Shown in pieces: positions 1-8,786 of a DNA stretch of 32,000 bases; positions within the stretch are counted from its first letter, which is position 1; each line of letters begins with the position of its first letter. Where the stretch lies: contig NC_008340.1 of NCBI RefSeq assembly GCF_000014785.1, forward strand, positions 1,170,001 through 1,202,000. Direction: 5' to 3'. Position numbers and translations under genes: made by a program. Below the pieces are notes generated by a model. The model worked only from the letters and a program-made list of their open reading frames with translations, had not been told where the DNA came from and searched no databases. This DNA is from Alkalilimnicola ehrlichii MLHE-1. GTDB lineage: Bacteria; Pseudomonadota; Gammaproteobacteria; Nitrococcales; Halorhodospiraceae.

Positions 1-1046
1 CCGGTATCCAGGTGCGTATGATCACCGGGGACCACTCCCTCACCGCCCGCGCCATCGGCAAGCAGCTCGGGATCGGCGATGGTGAGCACGCCCTGGCCGG
101 CCACGAGATCCAGGAGATGGACGACACCACGCTCCAGGAGCGGGCGCGGGATGTGGAGGTCTTCGCGCGGACCACGCCCGAGCACAAGCTGCGCCTGGTC
201 AAGGTCCTGCAGGCGGACAACCAGGTGGTGGCGATGACCGGTGATGGCGTGAACGATGCCCCGGCGCTGAAGCGGGCCGATGTGGGGATCGCCATGGGCG
301 TGAAGGGCACGGAGGCGGCCAAGGAGGCCTCCGAGATGGTGCTGGCGGACGATAATTTCGCCTCCATCGCCCATGCGGTGGAGGAGGGCCGGACGGTCTA
401 TGACAACCTGAAAAAGGCCATCCTGTTTATCCTGCCCACCAACGGCGGGCAGGCCTTCACCATCGTCTCCGCGATTATGCTGGGTCTGGCGCTGCCGCTG
501 GAGCCGGTACAGGCCTTGTGGGTGAATATGGTCACGGCGGTGACCCTGGCCCTGGCCCTCGCCTTTGAGCCGCCGGAGCCGGGGCTGATGGAGCGCCGGC
601 CCAGGGAGCCGGGGCGGCCGCTGCTGTCGGGCTTCTTGATCTGGCGGGTGCTGTTCGTCTCGGCGCTGCTGGTGGTGGGCACCTTCGGTCACTATTTCTG
701 GATGATCGAATGGGAAGGCGCCAGCCAGGAGCTGGCGCGCACCGCCGCCATCAACACCCTGGTGGTGGGGCAGATGTTTTACCTCATCAACAGCCGGTAC
801 ATCCTCGAGTCGGTGCTCAACATCCGCGGGTTGCTGGGCAGCCGCCCGGTGCTGATTGCGATCGCGCTGCTGCTGGTCCTGCAGATGCTCTTCACTTATT
901 CGGGGCCGTTCCAGTTCCTGTTCAGCACCGAAGGGATCGGCTGGGATGAGTGGTCGCGGATCCTGATCTTCGGGCTGGCCCTGTTCTTCATTGTCGAGGC
1001 CGAGAAGGCGGTGCTGCGGCCGAGGCTGGACCCGACCCGGGCCTGA
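1..1046 (+). CDS. Cation-transporting P-type ATPase (P2-type-like), C-terminal ~345 aa; 5' end outside window
   Basis: The frame is open from base 3 (GIQVRMITGDH...). It carries the P-type ATPase hinge motif MTGDGVNDAPALKRADVGIAMG, followed by several hydrophobic helices. The stop ends at 1046. Confidence 0.9.
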   Translation, partial: GIQVRMITGDHSLTARAIGKQLGIGDGEHALAGHEIQEMDDTTLQERARDVEVFARTTPEHKLRLVKVLQADNQVVAMTGDGVNDAPALKRADVGIAMGVKGTEAAKEASEMVLADDNFASIAHAVEEGRTVYDNLKKAILFILPTNGGQAFTIVSAIMLGLALPLEPVQALWVNMVTAVTLALALAFEPPEPGLMERRPREPGRPLLSGFLIWRVLFVSALLVVGTFGHYFWMIEWEGASQELARTAAINTLVVGQMFYLINSRYILESVLNIRGLLGSRPVLIAIALLLVLQMLFTYSGPFQFLFSTEGIGWDEWSRILIFGLALFFIVEAEKAVLRPRLDPTRA

Positions 1047-1085
1047 TCGGGCCCGGGGCCTGCGCCCTGCACGCCGTCGCGGGGT

Positions 1086-1703
1086 TCAGGGGTGATCGCA
1101 CTCCGCCACCACGGTGGACAGGGCCTCCAGCAGCACATCGGTGGTCTCGGCCCCGATGATCTCGATGCGGCCGTCCATCAGGTAGAAGGGGACCGCCCTG
1201 ACGTTGAGCTCACGGGCGTGCGCCAGGTCGGCGGTCAGGCCGGCGGTACCGCCGTCCCCGGCCAGGGTCTCACGGATCAGCTCCCGGGGCATCCCGGCCT
1301 CGGCGCCGGCCATCTCCAATACCTGGTGATTGGACAGGTCACCCCCCTCGACAAAACCGGCGTGAAACAGGGCGTCGGCCACCCGTAAGGGGTCCAGACC
1401 CTGTTCGCGGGCCACCTGAACCAGCCGGTGGGCGTCGTAGGCGTCCACCAGCGGCGGGGGGTGGCGGGCCAGTGGCAGTGCGTCGGTGTGCGCCTGGTCG
1501 AGAAAATCGCGGTCCAGCTCCTGCGAGCGCGGGGGCAGGGGCGGGCGATGGCGAGAGCGCGCAGGAAACAGCTCCAATGACCGCCATATAATGCGTACCG
1601 GCGGACCGTCCGGCAGTTGCGCCAGGGCGCGCTCCAGCCTGTGTTTGCCCAGGTAGCACCAAGGGCAGACCAGATCCGAAAACAGCTCGATGTCGACACT
1701 CAT
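1086..1703 (-). CDS. DsbA-family thiol:disulfide oxidoreductase (FrnE-like)
   Basis: The N-terminus MSVDIELFSDLVCPWCYLGKHRL has a CPWC thioredoxin-fold active site, typical of DsbA/FrnE-like proteins. The ORF stays open to ATG 1763, but family N-termini favour ATG 1703. Confidence 0.8.
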   Translation of the reverse strand: MSVDIELFSDLVCPWCYLGKHRLERALAQLPDGPPVRIIWRSLELFPARSRHRPPLPPRSQELDRDFLDQAHTDALPLARHPPPLVDAYDAHRLVQVAREQGLDPLRVADALFHAGFVEGGDLSNHQVLEMAGAEAGMPRELIRETLAGDGGTAGLTADLAHARELNVRAVPFYLMDGRIEIIGAETTDVLLEALSTVVAECDHP

Positions 1704-1846
1704 AAGCCCGACTCGGCAGCTGGGTGAATCTCCCAGTATCCTCCCCGTATCGCTGGATGTCATCCCCCGCGTGCGGAGGGCAGTTCCGGTTGCAGCCTGG
1801 GGGTGTAACGGCGATCCTGAGAATGGGCAGTGACTGAGGGGGTTGA

Positions 1847-3487
1847 ATGCGTCGAGTCACCCGAATCTTCGGGCAGTTCTCCACGGCGGGGCTGCTGTTG
1901 GGCACCCTGTTTTTCGCCTTCTCGCTGACCCCGAGCCTGTTGCCCCGGCCTTTCCTGGTGCAGGGTGTCATCTCCGGGCTGTCGTTCGCCGCAGGGTATG
2001 CCCTGGGCTTCGCCGGCCAGTGGCTGTGGGCCTATTTGGAATTGCCCGCCCCCCGCGCCCGCCTGGGCAGTGCCGTGAAACTGCTCGCGACCCTGGCCTG
2101 CGTGGTGATCGCGGGCCATTTCCTGGCCCGGGCCTCGGAGTGGCAGAACTCCGTGCGGACCCTGATGGGGGTGGAGCCTGTGAGCGGGATCCGGGCCTAC
2201 AGCATCGCGTTGATTGCCCTAGCGGTCTTCGCCCTGTTGTTGCTGCTGGCACGCCTTTTCCGTCACACCTTCCTGCTGCTCTCGGCGCGGCTGCAGCGCC
2301 ATGTGCCCCGCCGGGTGTCGCACGTGGCCGGGATCGGCGCCGCGCTGCTGCTGTTCTGGTCGGTCATCGACGGGGTGATCTTCACCCTGGGCCTGCGCGC
2401 CGCCGATAACTCCTACCAACAAGTGGATGCCTTGATCCAGGATGACTTGGATCCGCCGGAGGACCCGATGCGTACCGGCAGCGCCGCCTCCCTCATCACC
2501 TGGGAGGAGTTGGGCAGCCGCGGGCGCCGGTTCGTCAGCAGCGGGCCGACAGCGGAGGACCTGCGCTGGTTTCACGGCGAACCGGTGCCGGAGCCCATTC
2601 GGGTCTATGTGGGGTTGAACGCGGCGGAGACCCCGGAGGCCCGGGCCGAGCTGGCCCTGGAGGAGCTCAAGCGGGTGGGTGGTTTCGACCGCTCGGTGTT
2701 GCTGATCGCAACCCCCACCGGGCGGGGTTGGGTGGACCCGGCCGCCCAGGAACCGGCCGAGTACCTGCACCGTGGCGATATCGCGACGGTGACCGCGCAG
2801 TACTCCTACCTGCCCAGCCCCTTGTCGTTGCTGGTGGAGGGTGACTACGGGGTGGAGACCGCCCGCGCCCTGTTTCAGGCCGTGTACGGGCATTGGAGCC
2901 GCCTACCGGAGGACGAGCGGCCCCGCCTCTATCTCCACGGTCTGAGCCTGGGGGCGCTGAATTCCGATCGCTCCTTCGATGTCTACGACATCATTCAGGA
3001 TCCGTTCGACGGGGCGCTCTGGAGCGGTCCCCCCTTTCGCAGCGAGACCTGGCGTACCGTCACCCGCGGCCGGGACGCCGGATCACCGGCCTGGTTGCCC
3101 CGGTTCCGTGACGGCTCGGTGGTCCGATTCATGAACCAGTACGAGGGCCTGGAGGATCAGGGTGATGAGTGGGGGCCCTTCCGGATCGCCTTCCTGCAGT
3201 ATGCCAGCGACCCGGTGACGTTCTTTGATCCCGCCGTGCTCTATCGTGAACCGGAATGGATGCGGGAGCCGCGTGGCCCGGATGTCTCCACCGAACTGCG
3301 CTGGTACCCGGTCGTCACGATGTTGCAGCTGCTGGCCGATATTGCGGTGGGAGGGGCACCCCGGGGGCATGGCCATGAGATCGCCGCCGAACACTATGTC
3401 GATGCCTGGGTGGCGCTGACCGAGCCGGAGGGCTGGTCTGAGTCGGAGCTGGACCGGCTGCGCGGCCGGTCCCGGCCGGAGGAGTGA
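1847..3487 (+). CDS. Membrane-anchored alpha/beta-hydrolase family protein (Abhydrolase_9 / DUF2319-like)
   Basis: 546 aa. The N-terminal ~180 aa contain several hydrophobic helices (LLLGTLFFAFSLTPSLLPRPFLVQGVISGL...). The C-terminal domain has a nucleophile elbow, HGLSLGA (GxSxG). ATG 1847 is preceded by GAGGGGG. Confidence 0.7.
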   Translation: MRRVTRIFGQFSTAGLLLGTLFFAFSLTPSLLPRPFLVQGVISGLSFAAGYALGFAGQWLWAYLELPAPRARLGSAVKLLATLACVVIAGHFLARASEWQNSVRTLMGVEPVSGIRAYSIALIALAVFALLLLLARLFRHTFLLLSARLQRHVPRRVSHVAGIGAALLLFWSVIDGVIFTLGLRAADNSYQQVDALIQDDLDPPEDPMRTGSAASLITWEELGSRGRRFVSSGPTAEDLRWFHGEPVPEPIRVYVGLNAAETPEARAELALEELKRVGGFDRSVLLIATPTGRGWVDPAAQEPAEYLHRGDIATVTAQYSYLPSPLSLLVEGDYGVETARALFQAVYGHWSRLPEDERPRLYLHGLSLGALNSDRSFDVYDIIQDPFDGALWSGPPFRSETWRTVTRGRDAGSPAWLPRFRDGSVVRFMNQYEGLEDQGDEWGPFRIAFLQYASDPVTFFDPAVLYREPEWMREPRGPDVSTELRWYPVVTMLQLLADIAVGGAPRGHGHEIAAEHYVDAWVALTEPEGWSESELDRLRGRSRPEE

Positions 3488-3505
3488 ACGGCGCCGGGCG
3501 GCCTG

Positions 3506-5434
3506 TCACGGCGCTGTGCGTCGGCGCCGGGGGATGGGGATGTGCTGTTCCTGGATGCGGCAGTAGAGCGTGGAGCGGGCGATGCCCAATTGCCGGGCAG
3601 CCCGGGAGACATTGCCCTCACACCGGCGCAGGGCCTGCTCGATGGCGGCCCGCTCCACCGTGGCTAGTTGCAGATTGCCGTCCTCGCCGGGCGTGGGGGC
3701 TGGGGCGGGGGTGAGGATCTCTTCCGGCAACGCCTCCACGTCGATCGTGGCGGCGTCAGTCAGAGCGGCAGTGGTGGTGATAGCATTGCGCAGTTGGCGC
3801 ACATTCCCGGGCCAGTGGTAGCGCAGCAGGGCGTCCATGGCCTCCGCGGACAGTGACTGGGGCGTTCGCCCACTGCGGGTGGCCTGTTGCCGCAGGTAGT
3901 ACTCCGCCAGCAGGGCGATATCGTCTCCGCGTTCCCGCAGCGGGGGGATGCGCAGGCGCAGGGCGGCGATCCGGTAGAAAAGATCCTGACGGAAGCGTCC
4001 GGACTCGATCTCCTCCGGCAGATTGCGGTTGGTCATGGACAGCAGCCGGGCCCGGACCCGTCGGGGCTGGTGGCTGCCGATGCGATAGACGACCCCATCC
4101 TCCAGGATGCGCAACAGGGTGGGTTGCAGGTCCAGCGGCATCTCGCTGACCTCGTCCAGGCAAAGGGTGCCGCCGTCGGCGGCCTCCAGTTTTCCGGGCC
4201 GGCCCTCCTGACTGGCGCCGGTGAAGGCCCCGCCCACGTAACCAAACATTTCGCCGCCGATCAGGTCCTTGGGAAGCGCCCCGCAATTGACCGGGATAAA
4301 GGGCCCGGTCAGCATGCTCAGGGCGTGGATGCCCTGTGCGAAGAGCTCTTTGCCGACCCCGGTCTCGCCCTCGATCAGGATCGGGGCGTCGGTGGCCGCG
4401 AGTCGGCGGGCCTTATCGCAGGCGGCGCGCATGGCCGGGCTGTCCCCGATCAGGGTGTCCAGCGAGAAGCCGTCCGACGGGTGCTCGCCCATGTCCCGAT
4501 TACGCGGCCGGATGCCGGTCCGACCCTGACGCGGTGCCAGGATAACCCCCAGGTGCTCGCCATCCACGGTCACCGGTTCAATGTCCGCGGTGGGCAGCTG
4601 GGCGTGGAGCTTGTCCAGCCATTCTTCCGCAGGGGTGTCCCGCAGTAGCGGGATGGTGTTCTCGAAAAACAGGTTACGGGAGGCGCGGCTGATCTGGCGT
4701 CGCACCTGTTCGTTGCCATGCACGATGACGCCGCTGCGACTGACCACCAGGACGTCGCGGTGCTTCCAGCGCCGTCCCATCCCCAGAAACCGGTCTATCA
4801 GCCGCCGGTGGTCGGCCTCGGTGGCCTGTATCAGCCCACCCTCAATCTGGCGGGCCACTGCCACCACGTAGGCCAGGCTTTGTGGGTTAAAGCTCTCCGC
4901 GGGTCCGGAGAGGTCCACGACACCGAGAATGCGCCGGGTCGTTGGGCTGAACACCGGCGCGGCGGCGCAAGTCCAGCGCTGTACCCGGCAGCAATAGTGT
5001 TCGTAGCCATGGATCTGGACCGGTTGCTGGCTGGCCAGCGCGGTGCCGATGGCGTTCGTGCCGATGTGGCCCTCGTCCCACAACCCGCCCCGGCACAGGC
5101 CGATGTCCTGGCCATGTTCGATCACCCGCCGGTCGCCGACGGTCTCCAGGACGGTGCCATGGGCGTTGCTCAACATGACCATGGCCCGGGCCTCGCTGAG
5201 AAACCGGCGCCCCTGTTCCAGTGCCGGGCGTGCCGCCGTCAGGAAGGGGCCGCTTTGCTGCCGGACGCGCAGGAACTCGCCATCGCTGAGCGCTTGGGTC
5301 TGGGAGCGGTCCACCGGTACGTTGTTGTCCAGGGAGCGCTGCCAGGAGGCGAGGACTTCGTCACGCACCCCTGTCGGCGTTTCCCCCTGACTGAGGAAGC
5401 TCTCCCAGGCCTGATAAATGCGGCGATCCTGCAT
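3506..5434 (-). CDS. acxR: Sigma-54-dependent transcriptional activator, AcoR/AcxR type (GAF sensor + AAA+ + Fis-type HTH)
   Basis: 642 aa with an AcoR-like N-terminus and GAF region. Other motifs: Walker A GETGVGKELFA, the sigma-54 contact motif GAFTGA (GGAFTGAS), and a C-terminal HTH AARQLGIARSTLYCRI. The SD GGAGGAG precedes ATG 5434. The gene lies directly downstream of acxABC. Confidence 0.85.
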   Translation of the reverse strand: MQDRRIYQAWESFLSQGETPTGVRDEVLASWQRSLDNNVPVDRSQTQALSDGEFLRVRQQSGPFLTAARPALEQGRRFLSEARAMVMLSNAHGTVLETVGDRRVIEHGQDIGLCRGGLWDEGHIGTNAIGTALASQQPVQIHGYEHYCCRVQRWTCAAAPVFSPTTRRILGVVDLSGPAESFNPQSLAYVVAVARQIEGGLIQATEADHRRLIDRFLGMGRRWKHRDVLVVSRSGVIVHGNEQVRRQISRASRNLFFENTIPLLRDTPAEEWLDKLHAQLPTADIEPVTVDGEHLGVILAPRQGRTGIRPRNRDMGEHPSDGFSLDTLIGDSPAMRAACDKARRLAATDAPILIEGETGVGKELFAQGIHALSMLTGPFIPVNCGALPKDLIGGEMFGYVGGAFTGASQEGRPGKLEAADGGTLCLDEVSEMPLDLQPTLLRILEDGVVYRIGSHQPRRVRARLLSMTNRNLPEEIESGRFRQDLFYRIAALRLRIPPLRERGDDIALLAEYYLRQQATRSGRTPQSLSAEAMDALLRYHWPGNVRQLRNAITTTAALTDAATIDVEALPEEILTPAPAPTPGEDGNLQLATVERAAIEQALRRCEGNVSRAARQLGIARSTLYCRIQEQHIPIPRRRRTAP

Positions 5435-5767
5435 GTCGTCTCCTCCGGTGCGGGTGGCCGTCGGGCCGGGTGCAGGGCCCCGATCCGTCGCAACCCACGG
5501 CGCGGTGCCGGCGTGTGCGCACGAGGGGAAGTGGCCCGGAGCCGGCGCCGTTTGGCGGCGCCTGGGCTGCGGTATGGCAGCGGGGACGTTGTACGTGGTT
5601 CGGCGGGTTGGGCACGACGCCCCTGCCTTTGATTATGGGTGTTGTTGCGCCACCGACACGATGTTGGCGTATTGTCTTCTTTATAGCAGTCATCGTGCCG
5701 GGCTGCAGCGCTGTCATGAGTGAGAATGCTGCGCTTTGGAAAACCAGGTGCGTGGCTCAGACCCCTG

Positions 5768-5801
5768 GACATGGCCGGACGGCGCGCCGCCCGGCCATGT
5801 C
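5768..5801 (-). terminator. 34-nt near-perfect GC-rich palindrome 16 nt after the acxC stop; likely transcript-end hairpin separating acxC from acxR
   Basis: GACATGGCCGGACGGCG|CGCCGCCCGGCCATGTC pairs at 16 of 17 positions. There is no clear U-tract afterwards, so an intrinsic-terminator call is tentative. Confidence 0.4.
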
Positions 5802-5816
5802 ATGCACAAGGCGGTA

Positions 5817-6323
5817 TCAGCCCTCGGCGCGTTCGGGCACCTCGAGGCCGAGCCAGTCCCGATAGAACGTCTCGATATCCGGTTCGAAGTCATGGATCAC
5901 CGGGTACCAGGCGGTCGGTGCCTCCACGTCCAACAGGTCACCGCTGAGTGGACAGTAGTACTCACGGATGGTCTGCCAGCCGGACGAGGGTGCCATCAGC
6001 TCCGGGTAGATCTCGTCGAGGGCCTCCTGGCTCTCCCGTACATAGATCAGGGCGTGCAGCTTCCAGTTCTCACGGTAGTCGCAGAACACGTGGCCGGCCT
6101 CGGATTTGATCACCCAGCGATGGGTGTCCTGCTCCTGGACGATGTAGAGCTTGGGGCCCAAGGGCAGGATGATGCGGTCGTCCCAGGGCACCCGTTCCTG
6201 CAGGATGCTGATATAGGTCTCGAAACGATCCTCGTCCTTGGGGCTCGAGAGCATCTTGTGCAGGGTGTCTGGGTCGATGGTGCCGTCGATGAGATCGGCG
6301 ATCTTGGTACGTTCGTAAGACAT
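5817..6323 (-). CDS. acxC: Acetone carboxylase gamma subunit
   Basis: 168 aa. MSYERTKIADLIDGTIDPDTLHKMLSSPKDEDRFETYISILQERVPWDDRIILPLGPKLYIVQ... closely matches my recollection of Xanthobacter AcxC, which is also 168 aa. A GGAG SD lies 7 nt before the ATG. It is the third gene of the acxABC order. Confidence 0.9.
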   Translation of the reverse strand: MSYERTKIADLIDGTIDPDTLHKMLSSPKDEDRFETYISILQERVPWDDRIILPLGPKLYIVQEQDTHRWVIKSEAGHVFCDYRENWKLHALIYVRESQEALDEIYPELMAPSSGWQTIREYYCPLSGDLLDVEAPTAWYPVIHDFEPDIETFYRDWLGLEVPERAEG

Positions 6324-6390
6324 GGGTGTACTCCGTTTATGTTGTCCGCAAAGGCAGGGAGCCCGGTGGCCGTGACCACCGAGCCGCAGC

Positions 6391-8730
6391 CTATTCCTCT
6401 TCCACCAGTTTCACGGTGCGCACATCGGGCAGTTCAGACAGGTCCATGTGGTAGTGCGAGCCGTAATGGGGGATGCCCAGCTCCTCCTCGTGCAATTCCC
6501 AGTGCTCGGGCAGGTTCCAGAAGGCCTTGAAGTGGGCCAGGAAGCGCGGGCTGAGTTTGAAGGAGGAGGCGAACATCTGTTGCACTTGGGTGCTGGCCTC
6601 CTTTTTGAGGATGCGCGCGCGCTCCTGCTTCATCCATTCCATCGTCGGCATCGCCCGGTCCAGCCGCTCCTTGCGTATCGCCTGGCGGCGGGCCTCGGTG
6701 GCTTTGCTGTCCACCCGCGGGCCGTCGTCGGTCTCCTGGGTCACTACACCGTAGATCCTCTCGGCGAAGCGGGGCAGGATGTGTCCCTCCGCCAGGTCGT
6801 GGGCCACCATGACGGGGTCACGCTCCAGCGGGTCGCCGAAGCCCGGGCCGCCCTTCATGGTGTTGAGGTAGAGGTCATAGTCCTTGTACATGGCCTCGGT
6901 GGTGATGGCCTGCTTGTCCCGCTTGACCCGGGCGTCCGGGATCAGCTTCTCGTAGGCGTTCTCCCCCGGGTCCACGTCGCCGCCGAGGGGAATGGGCTTT
7001 CCGGCCTCGATCAGCTCCTTGATGCCGGTGTCGTGGGCGGTGAAGCGGTAGCCGGATGCAGCCGGGAAGCCGCCCATCAGGCCCCAGTCGGAGCTGATGT
7101 GGCCGTTGCCCATGAAGAACATGGTCCAGTCCTTGGCGTTCCAGACCATGCGCAGGCTCTCCCAGCCGCTGCCGCCACGGTACTTGCCGGAGCCGCCGGA
7201 ACTGGCCTTGATCTGCCGGCCCAGGTAGACCAGGGGCTCGGCCAGCTCCCAGATCTCCATATCGCCCATGTCGCCCTCGGGGTTCCAGATCGCCGCCGCG
7301 TGGCTGATGCCGTCGCCGAAGGCCGAGGCGCCGACGCCGTTGGCGGCGCACTCGAAGCTGTTGACCGCGTGGATCTCGTCGTACTGGTTGAACCCCCCGC
7401 CCTGCAGCCAGTTGGAGGTGTTAGCGTTGCCGGCGTTGACCTCCTCAAGGTAGCCACGCCCGAAATAGGATCGGCTCAAGCCCCGCCACAGGGCGGTCCA
7501 GCTGGAGACCAGGAAGTGCCAGGAGTAGGAGAAGGCCACCCTGCGGTCGTCCGGATTCATCCACGTGCCCTTGGGCAGCCGGAACTCGGTGCCGTAGGCG
7601 GCGCCGTCGTTGATCATCTCGGTGGGTATGAGCGTCTGGGTCATCATTACCCAGATGCCGGAGGTGAAACTCACCTGGTGGGCATTGTAGGTATGCCAGC
7701 CCCACCGGGTGGCGCCCTCGAAGTCCAGTTTCCAGGTGCCATCCCCGCGGATCTCGATCTCCGATGGGGTGTGCATAATGGTGTCCACCTTGGCGAAATC
7801 GGAGGGCACCCGCACATCCTCGTGCTTGTAAGGGACATCCACGAAGCCGACCTGGCGGTACTTGCCGGGGATGGTCATGGCCTTGATGCGGGCCTGCAGA
7901 CCGCGCCGGCCGTGCTCCACGGACTCGTAGCAGAACTGCCAGTAGGCATCGATGCCCTCATCGCGGATCAGCTCCTCGACCATGTCGCGGATCATGTGGC
8001 AGCCGGCCACCCGGGTGCGTTCGTCCAGCATCCAGTAACGGGTGGTGCGGACCATGCGCTGGCTCTCGTGCAGCCAGTCGCGGAACAGGGTGTCGTTGGC
8101 GCCGATTTTGCGGCAGGTGACCGAGTAGCCGTCGCCGAAGCGCTGGATCTGCCCGGTGGCCATGGAGCCGGGGCCCACCGCACCGGTGTCGATGACGTGG
8201 GTGACACCCCCCACCCAGCCCACCAGCTTGCCCTCCCAGAAGATGGGCACGATGGTGTGGATGTCGCAGGGGTGAACGTTGCCGATCAGCGAGTCGTTGT
8301 TGCAGAAGATGTCCTTGTCCTGGACGCCGGGGTTGTGCTCCCAGTCGTTCTCGATCATGTACTTGATCGCCGCGCCCATGGTGCCCACGTGGATGATGAT
8401 CCCCGTGGAGGTCACGATGGCGTCGCCGGCGGCGTTGTAGAGGGTGAAGCAGAGTTCGCCCTCCTGCTCGACAATGGGTGAGGCGGCGATCCGTTTGGCG
8501 GTCTCGCGGGCGTCCACCACCCCGGCGCGCAGCCGTGAGAACATCTTGTTGTAGCGAATCGGCTCCTCGTCGCGCAGGGCCAGGCTCTGTAGACCGGCGT
8601 AGTGGCCGGTGCCCCGGGTCGCGTCCAGTACGCGGTCGCGGTGTTGTTTCAGGCTCTCACCGCCGCGGACGATGCCGGTGGTCTGTTCGCCGCCCCCGGC
8701 ATATTGGGGTTCGATACGTTCGTAGGACAT
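6391..8730 (-). CDS. acxB: Acetone carboxylase alpha subunit (hydantoinase B/oxoprolinase family)
   Basis: 779 aa with hydantoinase-B-type sequence throughout. It sits between the hydantoinase-A-type subunit and the gamma subunit. A GGAGAG SD precedes ATG 8730. Confidence 0.92.
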   Translation of the reverse strand: MSYERIEPQYAGGGEQTTGIVRGGESLKQHRDRVLDATRGTGHYAGLQSLALRDEEPIRYNKMFSRLRAGVVDARETAKRIAASPIVEQEGELCFTLYNAAGDAIVTSTGIIIHVGTMGAAIKYMIENDWEHNPGVQDKDIFCNNDSLIGNVHPCDIHTIVPIFWEGKLVGWVGGVTHVIDTGAVGPGSMATGQIQRFGDGYSVTCRKIGANDTLFRDWLHESQRMVRTTRYWMLDERTRVAGCHMIRDMVEELIRDEGIDAYWQFCYESVEHGRRGLQARIKAMTIPGKYRQVGFVDVPYKHEDVRVPSDFAKVDTIMHTPSEIEIRGDGTWKLDFEGATRWGWHTYNAHQVSFTSGIWVMMTQTLIPTEMINDGAAYGTEFRLPKGTWMNPDDRRVAFSYSWHFLVSSWTALWRGLSRSYFGRGYLEEVNAGNANTSNWLQGGGFNQYDEIHAVNSFECAANGVGASAFGDGISHAAAIWNPEGDMGDMEIWELAEPLVYLGRQIKASSGGSGKYRGGSGWESLRMVWNAKDWTMFFMGNGHISSDWGLMGGFPAASGYRFTAHDTGIKELIEAGKPIPLGGDVDPGENAYEKLIPDARVKRDKQAITTEAMYKDYDLYLNTMKGGPGFGDPLERDPVMVAHDLAEGHILPRFAERIYGVVTQETDDGPRVDSKATEARRQAIRKERLDRAMPTMEWMKQERARILKKEASTQVQQMFASSFKLSPRFLAHFKAFWNLPEHWELHEEELGIPHYGSHYHMDLSELPDVRTVKLVEEE

Positions 8731-8786
8731 GGTGATCTCTCCGGATTGGGTCTGCCTATCGGGTTTCGGGTCACAGGGGCTGTGGC

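Noticed and set aside
6448-8481. 677-aa plus-strand ORF, the second longest plus-strand ORF in the track
   Set aside because: It lies entirely antisense to acxB, whose product is clearly a hydantoinase-B/acetone carboxylase alpha subunit. Its translation is Gly/Ala/Val/His/Asp/Leu-rich with no recognisable motif and no SD. This is a typical high-GC antisense shadow.
6309-8730. AcxB and AcxC both begin MSYER, with a nearly identical 16-nt ATGTCYTACGAACGTA start
   Set aside because: The similarity stops after 5 codons and the proteins are unrelated beyond it. It is most likely coincidence or convergent optimisation of translation-initiation regions. I have no evidence for recombination or a functional element.
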